From an uncultured Hungatella sp. (lineage in GTDB: Bacteria; Bacillota; Clostridia; Lachnospirales; Lachnospiraceae): a stretch of DNA of 64,000 nt. Shown here piece by piece: positions 8,032 through 17,576 of this stretch. The notes under the pieces are model-generated. The model saw only the letters and a program-made list of their open reading frames with translations, made no database searches and was not told the origin of the DNA. Position 1 is the first letter of the stretch; the number at the start of each line of letters is the position of its first letter. Made by a program: the position numbers and the translations under genes. The stretch covers positions 484 through 64,483 of the forward strand of contig CAMTAF010000004.1 of NCBI GenBank assembly GCA_947066955.1, written 5' to 3'.

Positions 8032-9200
8032 TCTCCGATCCTCTCAATTCCGAATTCCTCCGGGCTCTTCTCCGCCACGCCGTTGTCGTACTGGAGCCAG
8101 CAGATCACAGACTGCCATCTGCCGTAGAACTCGTTCATGGCATCTGCGTCCGCATATTTCTCATAGACCTTGTCCGCCGCGTTCTCCTCCACAAAGGTGA
8201 TCCACTCCTCATCCTGGAATACCTTCTGGGTGGCATCCTTCAAAACCGCCACCACATCATCCGGCGTGTCGTTGTTCACCACAAAGGTCAGCAGGGTGTA
8301 GGGCAGGTCAAGATATTTCTCCGCCTCCGGCAGCGTCTCCGTAAAGGCCGGGATGTCCGGGTATGCCTCCATCCTCTCGCTGGCGAACACGGCCAATGGT
8401 TTTACCTCACCGCTGGCAATATATCCCTGGAGGGTGGAAATGTTGGGGTTGGTAAAATCCACCTGCCCGCCGATGACTCCTAAGAGAGCGTCATTGCCGC
8501 TGTCAAAGCTGGTCATGGACACCTCATAGCCCAGTTCTTTCAGGACAAGTCCCTGGTTGTGGCCGCTGCCGCCGGGGCCGGAGTGGGACATGGTGATCTT
8601 GCCGGGATTTTCCTTAATAGCGTTTAAAAGTTCTTCCAGTGTATTGTAGGGGGAATCTTTTCCCACTACCAGAACCTTGGGATCGCCCACCAGCGGGGAG
8701 ATGACGGTAAAGTCGTCATAGCCCAAATCGCACACATTCAGCGTGCGGTAGGTTCCCATGGTCTCCGCGCACACCAGAACAGTGTAGCCGTCAGAGGGCT
8801 GCTCCTTCACAAACTGGCTGCCGATAGAGCCCGATGCTCCTCCCTGGTTGGTGACAGTGACGGACTGGCCCAGCTGCTTCTCAAGAAGGGCCGCCAGCTT
8901 TCTGCCGTACACATCGGTGGTTCCCCCTGCCCCGTAGGGGATGATCATAGTGATGGGTTTTGTGGGGTAATCCGTGGCCGGAGCCTGGGTCTCTTTGGTC
9001 TCTTCCCCCTTGGTCTCCCCTGCTGCCTGGGATTCTGCCGCTCCCCCCTCTGACTGGGCCTCTGCCGCTGTGGTCTGAGCCGCCGCAGTCTGAGCCGCCG
9101 TGGTAGGTGCTCCGCCGTCCTTTGAGCTTGTGGAAACCGTGCATCCGGTCATGGACAGCGCCATGACTGCCGCAAGGCCTGCTGAAAGTAATCTTCTCAT
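8028..9200 (-). CDS. tctC: Tripartite tricarboxylate transporter substrate-binding lipoprotein TctC
   Basis: Lipobox SMTGC, Ala/Thr linker, YPTKPITMIIPYGAGGTTD, NQGGASGSIG. Confidence 0.9.
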   Translation of the reverse strand: MRRLLSAGLAAVMALSMTGCTVSTSSKDGGAPTTAAQTAAAQTTAAEAQSEGGAAESQAAGETKGEETKETQAPATDYPTKPITMIIPYGAGGTTDVYGRKLAALLEKQLGQSVTVTNQGGASGSIGSQFVKEQPSDGYTVLVCAETMGTYRTLNVCDLGYDDFTVISPLVGDPKVLVVGKDSPYNTLEELLNAIKENPGKITMSHSGPGGSGHNQGLVLKELGYEVSMTSFDSGNDALLGVIGGQVDFTNPNISTLQGYIASGEVKPLAVFASERMEAYPDIPAFTETLPEAEKYLDLPYTLLTFVVNNDTPDDVVAVLKDATQKVFQDEEWITFVEENAADKVYEKYADADAMNEFYGRWQSVICWLQYDNGVAEKSPEEFGIERIGE

Positions 9201-9380
9201 AATCGTTGCCTCTCCCTTGTATTATTTTTAAAAACGGCTCTAATTATATCACAGTGTTTCCTTGGTTTCAATAAAAACTTTTGCGCTTTAAAGCATTATT
9301 CACTTTAAAGTTCTTGCAAATTTCTCCGGACCGTTCTATAATGCTTTCAGCGCTGTACAGCTTGCGTAATGGAGGAAAAT

Positions 9381-9905
9381 ATGGAATTGAAAAACAACAC
9401 CGCCGCCCCGCCTGTCATCCTCTGCGGCTTCATGAGCTGCGGCAAGACCACCGTGGGCCGCCCTCTGGCCCGGCGGCTGGGATATGAATTTGTGGATACG
9501 GATGAGATGCTTGTGGAGACCTATGAGATGACCATCCCCGAGATGTTTAAAAAGGGGGGCGAGAGCTATTTTCGGGATCTGGAACACCAGATCGCCAAAA
9601 GGGTCTGCTCCATGCCCCGGACCGTGGTGTCCACGGGGGGCGGGATGATGACCTTTCCCCGCAACGGGGAGATTCTGTCCAAACACGGGATCGTGATCTA
9701 TCTGGAAAGAGATTTCGAAGAGTGCTACAGCCGCCTGGTCTTGGAGAAAGACCGGCCTCTGGTGAAAAGCCGGACCAAGGAGGAGCTGCGGCAGATGTAT
9801 GAGGGGCGGACCCTGTTTTATAAAAGGTACTCGGATTTTACGGTGAGAAATGACGGGACCGCGCAGGAGGCGGTGGAGAGAATTGCCCAGGTGGTGGCTG
9901 GATAG
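9381..9905 (+). CDS. aroK: Shikimate kinase
   Basis: CGFMSCGKTT P-loop, FVDTD, GESYFR, STGGG, RPL. Confidence 0.9.
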   Translation: MELKNNTAAPPVILCGFMSCGKTTVGRPLARRLGYEFVDTDEMLVETYEMTIPEMFKKGGESYFRDLEHQIAKRVCSMPRTVVSTGGGMMTFPRNGEILSKHGIVIYLERDFEECYSRLVLEKDRPLVKSRTKEELRQMYEGRTLFYKRYSDFTVRNDGTAQEAVERIAQVVAG

Positions 9906-9946
9906 CGGCGGTTCGCTGTTATCTGATGGCGAGACCCCCGTCCACG

Positions 9947-11152
9947 TCAGTTGTGGACGGGGGTGATCAGATCAGGGACAAAGACGTCAAACTGGATATA
10001 CACAGCCTCCGCGTCGGGATGGCTGGGGTTTTCCTTTTTGTAGTCGCTGATATAGCAGTTGGTGCTGCCCAGATAGTGATACCTCTCGGCAATCATGGCC
10101 TTGTAGTGGTCCTCGGAGTAGCGGTAATTTATGTACCATGGGGTAGCCGGGCCTTGCCGAAAGGCGTATTCCCTGCTGCGCTGGTATCCGTGGACCGTGT
10201 TTTCCCCCCAGAAATCCGCCTTGATCATATCAATTATCCCGTTGATCTCATCCTGCTTCTCCGGGGCCTTGAGCCAGTCATGGGCATCCCAGTCCTCCAG
10301 GGCATCGATGTAGGCCCGGTAGCAGGCCAGGGCGGAAAGCTCAGCGTCATATTCCAGGGGAGCCGCCCCTGCCTCTGCCCGGTACTTGTTGATGTTATCC
10401 AGCTCAACCTGCTGCATATGAGTCAGCTTAGTTGTCAGCTGCTTCTTCTCGCTGCCAGTGGTAACGATCCCTTTCTGGGTCTTTTGGTTCATGGCATAGT
10501 AGAAGTAGTAGCACTCGTAGTTATCCCCAAAAGCCTTCCGGACTTTGGCATCACAGTTCTTCTGATAGGCGGCCACATTGAACCCCCGGCAGCCCTGGCG
10601 TCCCTCATGGATGCCCACTGTCTGGAAATGCCTAAGGAGCAGGGCCTTGTCCTTGTGGTAAAGGTAGGCCAGGCCGGGAAAAGTCTCGATATAATAGTCG
10701 CCGTCAAAGAGGAGATCCCAGTCCACTTCCTTGACATAGGCGTCGTACATCTCCCCATAGTCCCAGGTGACATCGTAGGGATTCTCCCCCTGGTCCACGT
10801 CCACGACACAGGCGTGGTTGTAGATCTCCACTCTGGCTTGGAGACCCACAAGCCGGGCGATGGCCTGGATGCCGGGACCTACCTGGAGCCTCTCCTCCGC
10901 CTTGGGCTTAGAGGCGGCAGATGAGGACTTGGAGGCGGCCGGGGATGTTTTCCCTTCCTGGAAGAATCCGCGGTTCTCCTGGGCGGCCTTTTGCTGCTCC
11001 TGAATCTTTTTTATCAACTCCTTGGCAATGTCGTGGCAGGATGCGCCGGAGGATGGGACCTCCGCCGGGCTTTGGGCCGGGGCGCATCCGCAGAACCCTG
11101 CCGCCAAAAGGACTGCCAGCGCCACAGCCAGCAGTTTTGTTTTCTTTCTCAT
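9947..11152 (-). CDS. Lipoprotein with FD..YY..P...HF...G..EGR module and divergent CAP-like C-terminal domain
   Basis: Lipobox AGFCGC; FDGDYYIETFPGLAYLYHKDKALLLRHFQTVGIHEGR; INKYRAEAGAAPL...GEN...SEDHYKAM. Confidence 0.65.
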   Translation of the reverse strand: MRKKTKLLAVALAVLLAAGFCGCAPAQSPAEVPSSGASCHDIAKELIKKIQEQQKAAQENRGFFQEGKTSPAASKSSSAASKPKAEERLQVGPGIQAIARLVGLQARVEIYNHACVVDVDQGENPYDVTWDYGEMYDAYVKEVDWDLLFDGDYYIETFPGLAYLYHKDKALLLRHFQTVGIHEGRQGCRGFNVAAYQKNCDAKVRKAFGDNYECYYFYYAMNQKTQKGIVTTGSEKKQLTTKLTHMQQVELDNINKYRAEAGAAPLEYDAELSALACYRAYIDALEDWDAHDWLKAPEKQDEINGIIDMIKADFWGENTVHGYQRSREYAFRQGPATPWYINYRYSEDHYKAMIAERYHYLGSTNCYISDYKKENPSHPDAEAVYIQFDVFVPDLITPVHN

Positions 11153-11332
11153 ATGTTTACATACTCACTACAGCTTTCCGCTTTAGTACCTTTCTCCGTT
11201 CAATCTCTTTTTCCGCTTCTTTTCTAACACCAGTCGGTTCTTTCTGCTTATCTGCTTTTATTATAAGCAGTACCGCAAAAGATGTAAAGCCCTCTCTGCA
11301 CTTCGTTTAGGCGGGTTTCTGACAATCGGCGC

Positions 11333-11361
11333 TTGCCGCCGCGCAAGGGCCTTGGTATAAT
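11333..11361 (+). promoter_or_regulatory. sigmaA-type promoter of the HPr-like gene
   Basis: TTGCCG-17 nt-TATAAT; perfect 12-bp inverted repeat at 11397-11427 downstream. Confidence 0.6.
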
Positions 11362-11461
11362 AGAGCTAAAGGCACGCTTTTTGTGCCGTCCATCCGATTA
11401 TAGGAAGCTGTTTTTGCTTCCTATAATAGAGTTTACTAGGAAAAGCTAGATGGAGGAAGGT

Positions 11462-11719
11462 ATGGTTATATTTACACATAAGATTTCCGATCCCAACGGA
11501 CTCCATGCCATCATTGCCGCCCGTCTTGCCAGATTTTGCCGGGAGTGTACCTGCTGCGTGCATGTGGCCTGCGGGAGCGCGGCCGTGGATGGCAGACAGA
11601 TGATGGGATTGATGAAGCTGAGAGCAAAGAAGGGGGAGGTTTTGGAGTTCAGGGTAGAGGGAAACGGTGAGGAAGAAGCGGCAAAAGAGCTCAAAGTATT
11701 GGCAGAGGAACTTTTATAG
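11462..11719 (+). CDS. HPr family phosphocarrier paralogue (atypical)
   Basis: PNGLHA with His at position 15 from ATG 11462; MGLMKLRAKKGE; FRVEGNGEEEA. Confidence 0.85.
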   Translation: MVIFTHKISDPNGLHAIIAARLARFCRECTCCVHVACGSAAVDGRQMMGLMKLRAKKGEVLEFRVEGNGEEEAAKELKVLAEELL

Positions 11720-11736
11720 ATGGGGAAGATTCTCCT

Positions 11737-11755
11737 TTTCCTAATAGTTAGGAAT
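11737..11755. promoter_or_regulatory. Palindrome TTTCC-N9-GGAAT, candidate PRD-activator site
   Basis: 33 nt upstream of a TATGAT -10; same motif and spacing recur at 13823. Confidence 0.55.
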
Positions 11756-11844
11756 CCGATTTCTCCGCGGCCCAGGGTGATTTTAAGTTATGATGGAATC
11801 ACGGATTACATAGAGAGAGGACGCAAGTGACAGTAGGAGGGATC

Positions 11845-13776
11845 ATGTTGAACGACAGACAGGAAAGGCTCCTTGAGTTGCTGATGGAAAGGCAGGACTG
11901 GATGACCAGCCGCCAGCTGGCTGGGCTTTTGAACGTGACGGACAGGACGATCCGCTCTGACGTGGACACGGTGAATAAGGAACCGGGCCCCATAGGGATC
12001 GAGTCCAGCGTCCGCAGGGGATACAGGGCCGTAAAGAGGCAGGAAAAGGGCGAGGCAGCCGTGGAAAAAGGCGGCAGGGGCCATGGGGGAACCGATATCC
12101 CTCAGACGCCGGGGGCCAGGTGTATCTATATTATCCAGCGGCTTCTGTTTGAGAACAGAGAACTGAACCTGACGGAGCTTCAGAGCCAGATCTATGTGAG
12201 CGGCTATTCGATTCAGAATGACTTAAAACGGATCCGGAAAATGATCGAGCCCTACGGGGGCTTAAAGCTGGCGCGGAATCTGGAATGTGTTTCTCTTCAG
12301 GGAGATGAGCATGTAAAACGGAAGTTCTATCGGGATCTTCTGGTGGCAGAGGTTCAGGAGAATTTCCTCAATCTCAACAGGCTGGCGCATCTGTACAAGC
12401 ATTTTGATCTTATTGAGGTAAAGGACATCTTCGTGAAGGTGCTGGATGAGTATGATTACTCGATCCATGAATCCATGTTTCCCATGCTTATCGTCCATGC
12501 TGGGACGTGCATTGAACGGATTCTTTCCTATCACTATGTCTGTCCTGAGGAGATCCGGCCGGGTCTGAAAGAAACCATTGAGTACCAGATTGCCGACACC
12601 TTCTTTGAGCGGATCGCCGGCCGGCTCCACATCCAGGTGAAAGAGGGGGAGGTGGAAATGTTTGCCCTTGTGATTATGGGGCGGCGCGCCTCCAACTATG
12701 CCAGCGACCATATCAAACTGGGAGATAAGTGGCTCAACACCCGGCGTCTGGTGGACAATTCCCTGATCCGTCTCATGGACGTGTTCGGAGTGGATTACCG
12801 GGGGGATGAGGATCTGGCGGCAGGGCTTAAGATGCATATTCACAGCCTTATTGAGAGAGCCAGGAACCAGGTGGTGCTGGAGGATATTTTTCTGGAGGAG
12901 ATCAAGGAAAATTACCCTCTGGTTTTTGAGATGGGGGTATGCATCACCGGGTATCTGGAGGGGGAGCTGGGGATTCCCATCGCGGACATGGAAAGCGGCT
13001 TTCTGGCCCTCCACCTGGGGGCAGCCAGCGAGAGGCTGAACTCTGTGAGAAAATACAGGGCCATGATGATCATGCCCTACAGCCAGACCTTTTTGGACAT
13101 GTGTGAAAAGCGGATTATGGAGATGTTCCGGGAGAGGATCCAGATCGTCAGGCGGTGCAGTTACTTTGAGGAGAAGGAAGTGAACCAGGCGGCTCCGGAC
13201 CTGATTCTGACCACCACCCCCATTGACCACAGGCTTAATATCCTCACAGTGCCTGTCAGCGTGTTTGTGGATTCGGAGACAGAGGCCAGGATTCTGGAGG
13301 CGTTAAATAAACTGGATAAAAACAGATTCCGCCTGGAATTTGCCTCCCATATCGGACATCTCATGCGCAGGGAGCATTATCACGGGGGCCTGGTGTGTCA
13401 GACACCGGAGGAGGTTATCGGGATTCTGTGCCAGGGGCTTTTGGAGGAAGGGATCGTAGGGGAGGGATTTCAGGATTCTGTTCTGGAGAGAGAGCGGATG
13501 AGCCCCACCTCCTTTGCCAACGCCCTGGCGGTTCCTCATGCCTTCCAGGCCTACGCTTCCAGGTCTACCATCGCCGTAGCCAAGCTGTCCCAGCCTGTAA
13601 AATGGGGCGGATTTGAAGTGCGCCTGGTGATGCTGTTTGCCATTAACGACAGCGACCGGCGGATGATCAAGATCTTTTTCGATTGGGTGTCCAACCTCAT
13701 CGGAAACCCCAGGCAGCTGGAGAGGCTGGCGGAAGAATGTTCTTATGAAGAATTTGTAGAGAGAGTTATGGAGTAG
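11845..13776 (+). CDS. LicR/BglG-type PRD transcriptional activator (HTH-Mga-PRD-PRD-EIIB-EIIA)
   Basis: LNVTDRTIRSD HTH, PRD histidines (LKMHI, LALHL), EIIA LAVPH; the EIIB-like segment lacks the usual Cys. Confidence 0.88.
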   Translation: MLNDRQERLLELLMERQDWMTSRQLAGLLNVTDRTIRSDVDTVNKEPGPIGIESSVRRGYRAVKRQEKGEAAVEKGGRGHGGTDIPQTPGARCIYIIQRLLFENRELNLTELQSQIYVSGYSIQNDLKRIRKMIEPYGGLKLARNLECVSLQGDEHVKRKFYRDLLVAEVQENFLNLNRLAHLYKHFDLIEVKDIFVKVLDEYDYSIHESMFPMLIVHAGTCIERILSYHYVCPEEIRPGLKETIEYQIADTFFERIAGRLHIQVKEGEVEMFALVIMGRRASNYASDHIKLGDKWLNTRRLVDNSLIRLMDVFGVDYRGDEDLAAGLKMHIHSLIERARNQVVLEDIFLEEIKENYPLVFEMGVCITGYLEGELGIPIADMESGFLALHLGAASERLNSVRKYRAMMIMPYSQTFLDMCEKRIMEMFRERIQIVRRCSYFEEKEVNQAAPDLILTTTPIDHRLNILTVPVSVFVDSETEARILEALNKLDKNRFRLEFASHIGHLMRREHYHGGLVCQTPEEVIGILCQGLLEEGIVGEGFQDSVLERERMSPTSFANALAVPHAFQAYASRSTIAVAKLSQPVKWGGFEVRLVMLFAINDSDRRMIKIFFDWVSNLIGNPRQLERLAEECSYEEFVERVME

Positions 13777-13799
13777 GGTCCGGAAATCCGGGCCCTTTT
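13776..13799 (+). terminator. Intrinsic terminator after the regulator
   Basis: GGGTCCGGA-AA-TCCGGGCCC-TTTT. Confidence 0.65.
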
Positions 13800-13822
13800 C
13801 CGTTATGATCCCCAACCATTTA

Positions 13823-13841
13823 TTTCCTGTCAGCTAGGAAA
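13823..13841. promoter_or_regulatory. Palindrome TTTCC-N9-GGAAA, candidate PRD-activator site
   Basis: 32 nt upstream of TATAAT (13874) with no good -35. Confidence 0.55.
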
Positions 13842-13909
13842 CGTCTTTACCGCGCAAAGAAATGATTTCGGGATATAATAAGGGCAGAAAGAAAATGAAA
13901 GGAGGGGAA

Positions 13910-14254
13910 ATGGTGGAAGGATTAGAGATGATATGCTTTCAGATTATTTCCAATGTGGGGACAGCCCGGTCCAACTATATTGAGGCTATCCACAGAGCCA
14001 AGGACAGAGACTTTGAAGGAGCGAAGCAGTGTCTGGAGGCAGGGCAGGCAGAGTTTTTGAAAGGCCATGACGCTCATTTTGAACTGCTTCAGAGAGAGGC
14101 CAAGGGAACGCCTGTGGGCGGTTCGCTGATTCTCATTCACGCGGAGGACCAGCTCATGAGCGCGGAGGGCTTTAAGATCATCGCCGAGGAGCTGATTGCC
14201 AGCTACAGGCAGATCCAGGCCCTGGAGAAAAGGTTGGAAGAGTCAGGAAAATAG
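13910..14254 (+). CDS. PTS Lac/Cel-family EIIA
   Basis: GTARSNYIEA, AH..LLQ.EA, ILIHAEDQLM. Confidence 0.92.
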   Translation: MVEGLEMICFQIISNVGTARSNYIEAIHRAKDRDFEGAKQCLEAGQAEFLKGHDAHFELLQREAKGTPVGGSLILIHAEDQLMSAEGFKIIAEELIASYRQIQALEKRLEESGK

Positions 14255-14284
14255 GAGAAGAAAAATAGGAGAAGGAGAATATTT

Positions 14285-14611
14285 ATGAAAAGAGTATATT
14301 TGTTCTGCAGCGCGGGGATGTCAACCAGTATGCTGGCCAGCAAGATGCAGGGGGTGGCCCAGGACCATGGGCTCCCCATTGAGGTGGAAGCGTTTTCCGA
14401 CGGAAAGATCGGGCAGATCATTGAGGAACGCCACCCGGACGTGATTCTCTTAGGGCCTCAGGTGAAGTTCCGGTATCAGGAGATCGTCAGCCAGTACGGC
14501 TCCACAGGGATTCCCATCGCGGTCATCGACCAGTCGGCCTACGGCATGATGGATGGGGAGAAGGTGCTGAAAATGGCGGTAAAAATGATGAAAGAAGCAA
14601 AAAAGTCATAA
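14285..14611 (+). CDS. PTS Lac/Cel-family EIIB
   Basis: LFCSAGMSTS phospho-Cys loop, ILLGPQV, YGMMDG. Confidence 0.93.
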   Translation: MKRVYLFCSAGMSTSMLASKMQGVAQDHGLPIEVEAFSDGKIGQIIEERHPDVILLGPQVKFRYQEIVSQYGSTGIPIAVIDQSAYGMMDGEKVLKMAVKMMKEAKKS

Positions 14612-14635
14612 GAGCGGAGAGAAAGGGGGTTTACC

Positions 14636-15967
14636 ATGTTACAAAAATTAGAAAAATTCTTTATGCCTCTGGCTGAGAGAATCGGAAGGAACAAATACCT
14701 GATCGCCATCCGTGACGGGTTTCTTTTGTCCATGCCGCTGCTGATTGTGGGTTCTTTTTTCCTGCTGATCGCGAACTTCCCTATACCGGGGTGGACCCAG
14801 TTCTGGGGAAGGTTTTTCGGGGACAACTGGGCGGCTTATTTTTCAAAGCCCACAGATGCCACCTTCTCCATTATGGCGATCCTGGCTGTGATCGGAATCG
14901 GCTACTCCTTTGCGGAGCAGATGAAGGTGGATAAGCTGTTCGGGGCAGCCATCTCCCTGGTAAGCTGGTTCCTGATCATGCCCTATGAGATTCTTTTCGG
15001 GGACAGCGTGGTTGCGGGGATTCCCCTGAACTGGGTAGGTTCCAAAGGGATCTTTGTGGGAATCATCTGCGCCTTCGCGGCAGTCCATATTTACTCATGG
15101 GTGGATAAAAAGGGCTGGGTTATCAAGATGCCCGACGGGGTGCCGCCTACGGTTGAGAAATCCTTCGCGGCCCTGATTCCGGCAGGAGTGTCCCTTCTGG
15201 TGTTCTTTTTAATCAATGTGGTGTTTGCCATGACGCCATTTGGGAATGCCTTTAACTTTGTGTTCGTGATTTTGCAGACTCCTCTGCTGAAGCTGGGCAA
15301 TACCTTGCCTGCCATGGTTATCGCCTATATTTTCCTCCACTTTTTCTGGTTTTTCGGGATCAACGGCGGTTCGGTAGTTGGAGCCGTGTTCAACCCTATT
15401 CTCCAGACACTGTCGGCGGAGAACCTGGCGGCGCTCCAGGCCGGCCAGCCCATACCGAACATTATTTCCCAGCAGTTCCAGGATCTGTTCGCCACCTTCG
15501 GCGGAGCCGGGTCTACCCTATCGCTTCTCATCGCCATGCTGCTGTTCTGCCGTTCCAGGCGAGTGAAGGAGCTGGGCAAGCTGGCTTTAGTGCCGGGAAT
15601 TTTCGGGATCAACGAGCCCATTATTTTCGGCCTGCCCATTTTGCTGAACCCCCTTATGCTGGTGCCCTTTATGCTGGTGCCTACCATCAACATCGTGATC
15701 TCTTACTTCTGCATGAGCATCGGGCTGGTGCCCCTGTGCACGGGTATTGCCATACCCTGGACTATGCCGGTAATTGTGTCCGGCTTCCTGGCCACAGGGT
15801 GGCAGGGGTCTGTGCTTCAGGCGCTGCTGCTGGTGCTGGGAGTGTTTATCTACATGCCGTTTATCAAAATGATGGACAAACAGTATCTGGCCGACGAGAC
15901 AAAGGCAGTGGAGACCAGCGACGATGACGACATTTCCCTGGATGATTTGTCTTTTGATGATCTGTAA
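14636..15967 (+). CDS. PTS Lac/Cel-family EIIC
   Basis: AIRDGF, MPDGVPPTV, GGAGSTL, FGINEPIIFGLP, PWTMP. Confidence 0.93.
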   Translation: MLQKLEKFFMPLAERIGRNKYLIAIRDGFLLSMPLLIVGSFFLLIANFPIPGWTQFWGRFFGDNWAAYFSKPTDATFSIMAILAVIGIGYSFAEQMKVDKLFGAAISLVSWFLIMPYEILFGDSVVAGIPLNWVGSKGIFVGIICAFAAVHIYSWVDKKGWVIKMPDGVPPTVEKSFAALIPAGVSLLVFFLINVVFAMTPFGNAFNFVFVILQTPLLKLGNTLPAMVIAYIFLHFFWFFGINGGSVVGAVFNPILQTLSAENLAALQAGQPIPNIISQQFQDLFATFGGAGSTLSLLIAMLLFCRSRRVKELGKLALVPGIFGINEPIIFGLPILLNPLMLVPFMLVPTINIVISYFCMSIGLVPLCTGIAIPWTMPVIVSGFLATGWQGSVLQALLLVLGVFIYMPFIKMMDKQYLADETKAVETSDDDDISLDDLSFDDL

Positions 15968-15986
15968 TTGTTTGGAGGATAACAAG

Positions 15987-16511
15987 ATGAAAATTGTGAT
16001 GATATTTGACCAGATTCAGTCAGGGCTTGGGACAAAAGACGACACCATGGTTCCCTTAACTGGCAAAAAAGAGGCTGTGGGACCCGCGGTGATGATGCAG
16101 CCTTTTTTAAAGGAAATCGACGGCCGGGTAGCGGCCTGCCTATGCTGCGGCAACGGCACTTACATGGAGAATCCCGACGAGGTCAGCAGAAAGCTGTGCG
16201 CCATGATAAGGAAACTGCAGCCGGACGTGGTGATCTGCGGCCCTGCCTTCAACTACGCGGATTACGGGGACATGTGCGCCCGGGTGGCAGCGGATATCAA
16301 CGCTACAACCGACAGCCGGGCCTTTGCCGCCATGTCCCAGGAAAACGAACAGGTGATCTCCAGGTACAAGGACCAGGTGATGATCGTCAAGACCCCCAAA
16401 AAGGGCGGTCTGGGGCTCAATGACTCTTTAAAGAACATGTGCCGGGTGGCAAAAGCCATGGCAGAGAACAGCAGCGAGCTGGAAAAATTAAAATCCGAGG
16501 TGTGTTTTTAG
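15987..16511 (+). CDS. GrdB-related protein (N-terminal part of the glycine/betaine reductase selenoprotein B family, no Sec)
   Basis: DQIQSGLG, LCCGNGTY, CGPAFNYADYG resembling GrdB GPAFNAGRYG; 174 aa. Confidence 0.65.
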   Translation: MKIVMIFDQIQSGLGTKDDTMVPLTGKKEAVGPAVMMQPFLKEIDGRVAACLCCGNGTYMENPDEVSRKLCAMIRKLQPDVVICGPAFNYADYGDMCARVAADINATTDSRAFAAMSQENEQVISRYKDQVMIVKTPKKGGLGLNDSLKNMCRVAKAMAENSSELEKLKSEVCF

Positions 16512-16556
16512 GAGGAAGGCAAACAGGAGGAAGGCAAACGCGCAGCGGTTTTAGGA
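16510..16556 (+). repeat. Dispersed structured repeat, 5' module with 15-bp tandem duplication
   Basis: AGGAGGAAGGCAAAC twice, then GCGCAGCGGTTTTAGGA; overlaps the upstream stop and abuts the downstream SD. Confidence 0.8.
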
Positions 16557-16570
16557 AGGAGGAAATGTAT

Positions 16571-17524
16571 ATGTGGGGAATGATTGCGACCTGGAGGATG
16601 GCTCTGGAGGGTGTGGGCAAAGGCGCCGAGATGCTGAGACAGGGCGGCGACGCGGGGGACGCTGTGGAGAGGGCGGTCCGTGAGGTGGAGGATTTTCCGT
16701 ATTATAAGTCTGTGGGCTACGGCGGACTGCCCAACGAGGATATGGAAGTGGAGCTGGATGCGGCTTTCATGGACGGAGATACCCTGGATATCGGCGCCGT
16801 GGCGGCTATAAAAGATTACGCCAACCCGGTATCCATCGCCCGGCGTCTCAGCGGGGAACCGGTAAACAGCGTTCTGGTAGGCGAAGGCGCGGAGCGGTTT
16901 GCCCACAAGGAGGGCTTTGAGAGAAAAAATATGCTCACTGACCGGGCAAAGGCTTTTTACAGGAAACGAAAAAAGGAAGACGAGCAGGAGCTAAAGCCTT
17001 ATAAAGGCCATGATACTGTGGGCATGGTGTGTCTGGACCAGAAAGGGAAGATGACCGCAGCCACCTCCACCAGCGGCCTGTTTATGAAAAAGAAGGGACG
17101 GGTGGGGGATTCTCCCATTGCCGGCTCCGGATTCTACGCAGACAGCAAGGTGGGCGGCGCAAGTGCTACCGGGCTGGGAGAGGATCTGATGAAGGGATGT
17201 ATTTCCTATGAGATCGTCCGTCTGATGAAGGAGGGGCTCCATCCCCAGGAAGCCTGTGAGCGCGCCGTCCTCTCTCTTGACAGGGAGCTTAAGGAGCGCC
17301 GGGGCAAGGCGGGGGACCTGTCCCTTATCGCCATGAACAACAAGGGAGAGTGGGGAGCTGCTACCAATATTCAGGGATTCTCCTTTGTGGTCGCCGCGGA
17401 GGGCGCAGAGCCCAAGGTATACTTAGCGACTCTCGGGGAGGATGGCCGCTGTACCTTCCAGGAAGCCTCCAGGGAGTGGATGGAGGATTACATGAGAACC
17501 AGGATGGCTCCTGTGGAGGAGTAG
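16571..17524 (+). CDS. N(4)-(beta-N-acetylglucosaminyl)-L-asparaginase (glycosylasparaginase, Ntn hydrolase)
   Basis: SVGYGGLPN, ELDAAFMDG, autocleavage HD/TVG, TSTSG, GRVGDSP, ATGLGE. Confidence 0.85.
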   Translation: MWGMIATWRMALEGVGKGAEMLRQGGDAGDAVERAVREVEDFPYYKSVGYGGLPNEDMEVELDAAFMDGDTLDIGAVAAIKDYANPVSIARRLSGEPVNSVLVGEGAERFAHKEGFERKNMLTDRAKAFYRKRKKEDEQELKPYKGHDTVGMVCLDQKGKMTAATSTSGLFMKKKGRVGDSPIAGSGFYADSKVGGASATGLGEDLMKGCISYEIVRLMKEGLHPQEACERAVLSLDRELKERRGKAGDLSLIAMNNKGEWGAATNIQGFSFVVAAEGAEPKVYLATLGEDGRCTFQEASREWMEDYMRTRMAPVEE

Positions 17525-17576
17525 AATCCCCATAATATGAGAAACCGGATTTCGGAAAGGAGAGGAGAGGACGGGA

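Noticed and set aside
11462-11719. Calling this gene ptsH or crh
   Set aside because: It lacks Ser46 and Arg17, unlike canonical HPr, and retains His15, unlike Crh
15987-16511. Selenocysteine read-through in the GrdB-like gene
   Set aside because: The ORF ends in TAG, has no in-frame TGA, and is followed by a repeat and the next gene
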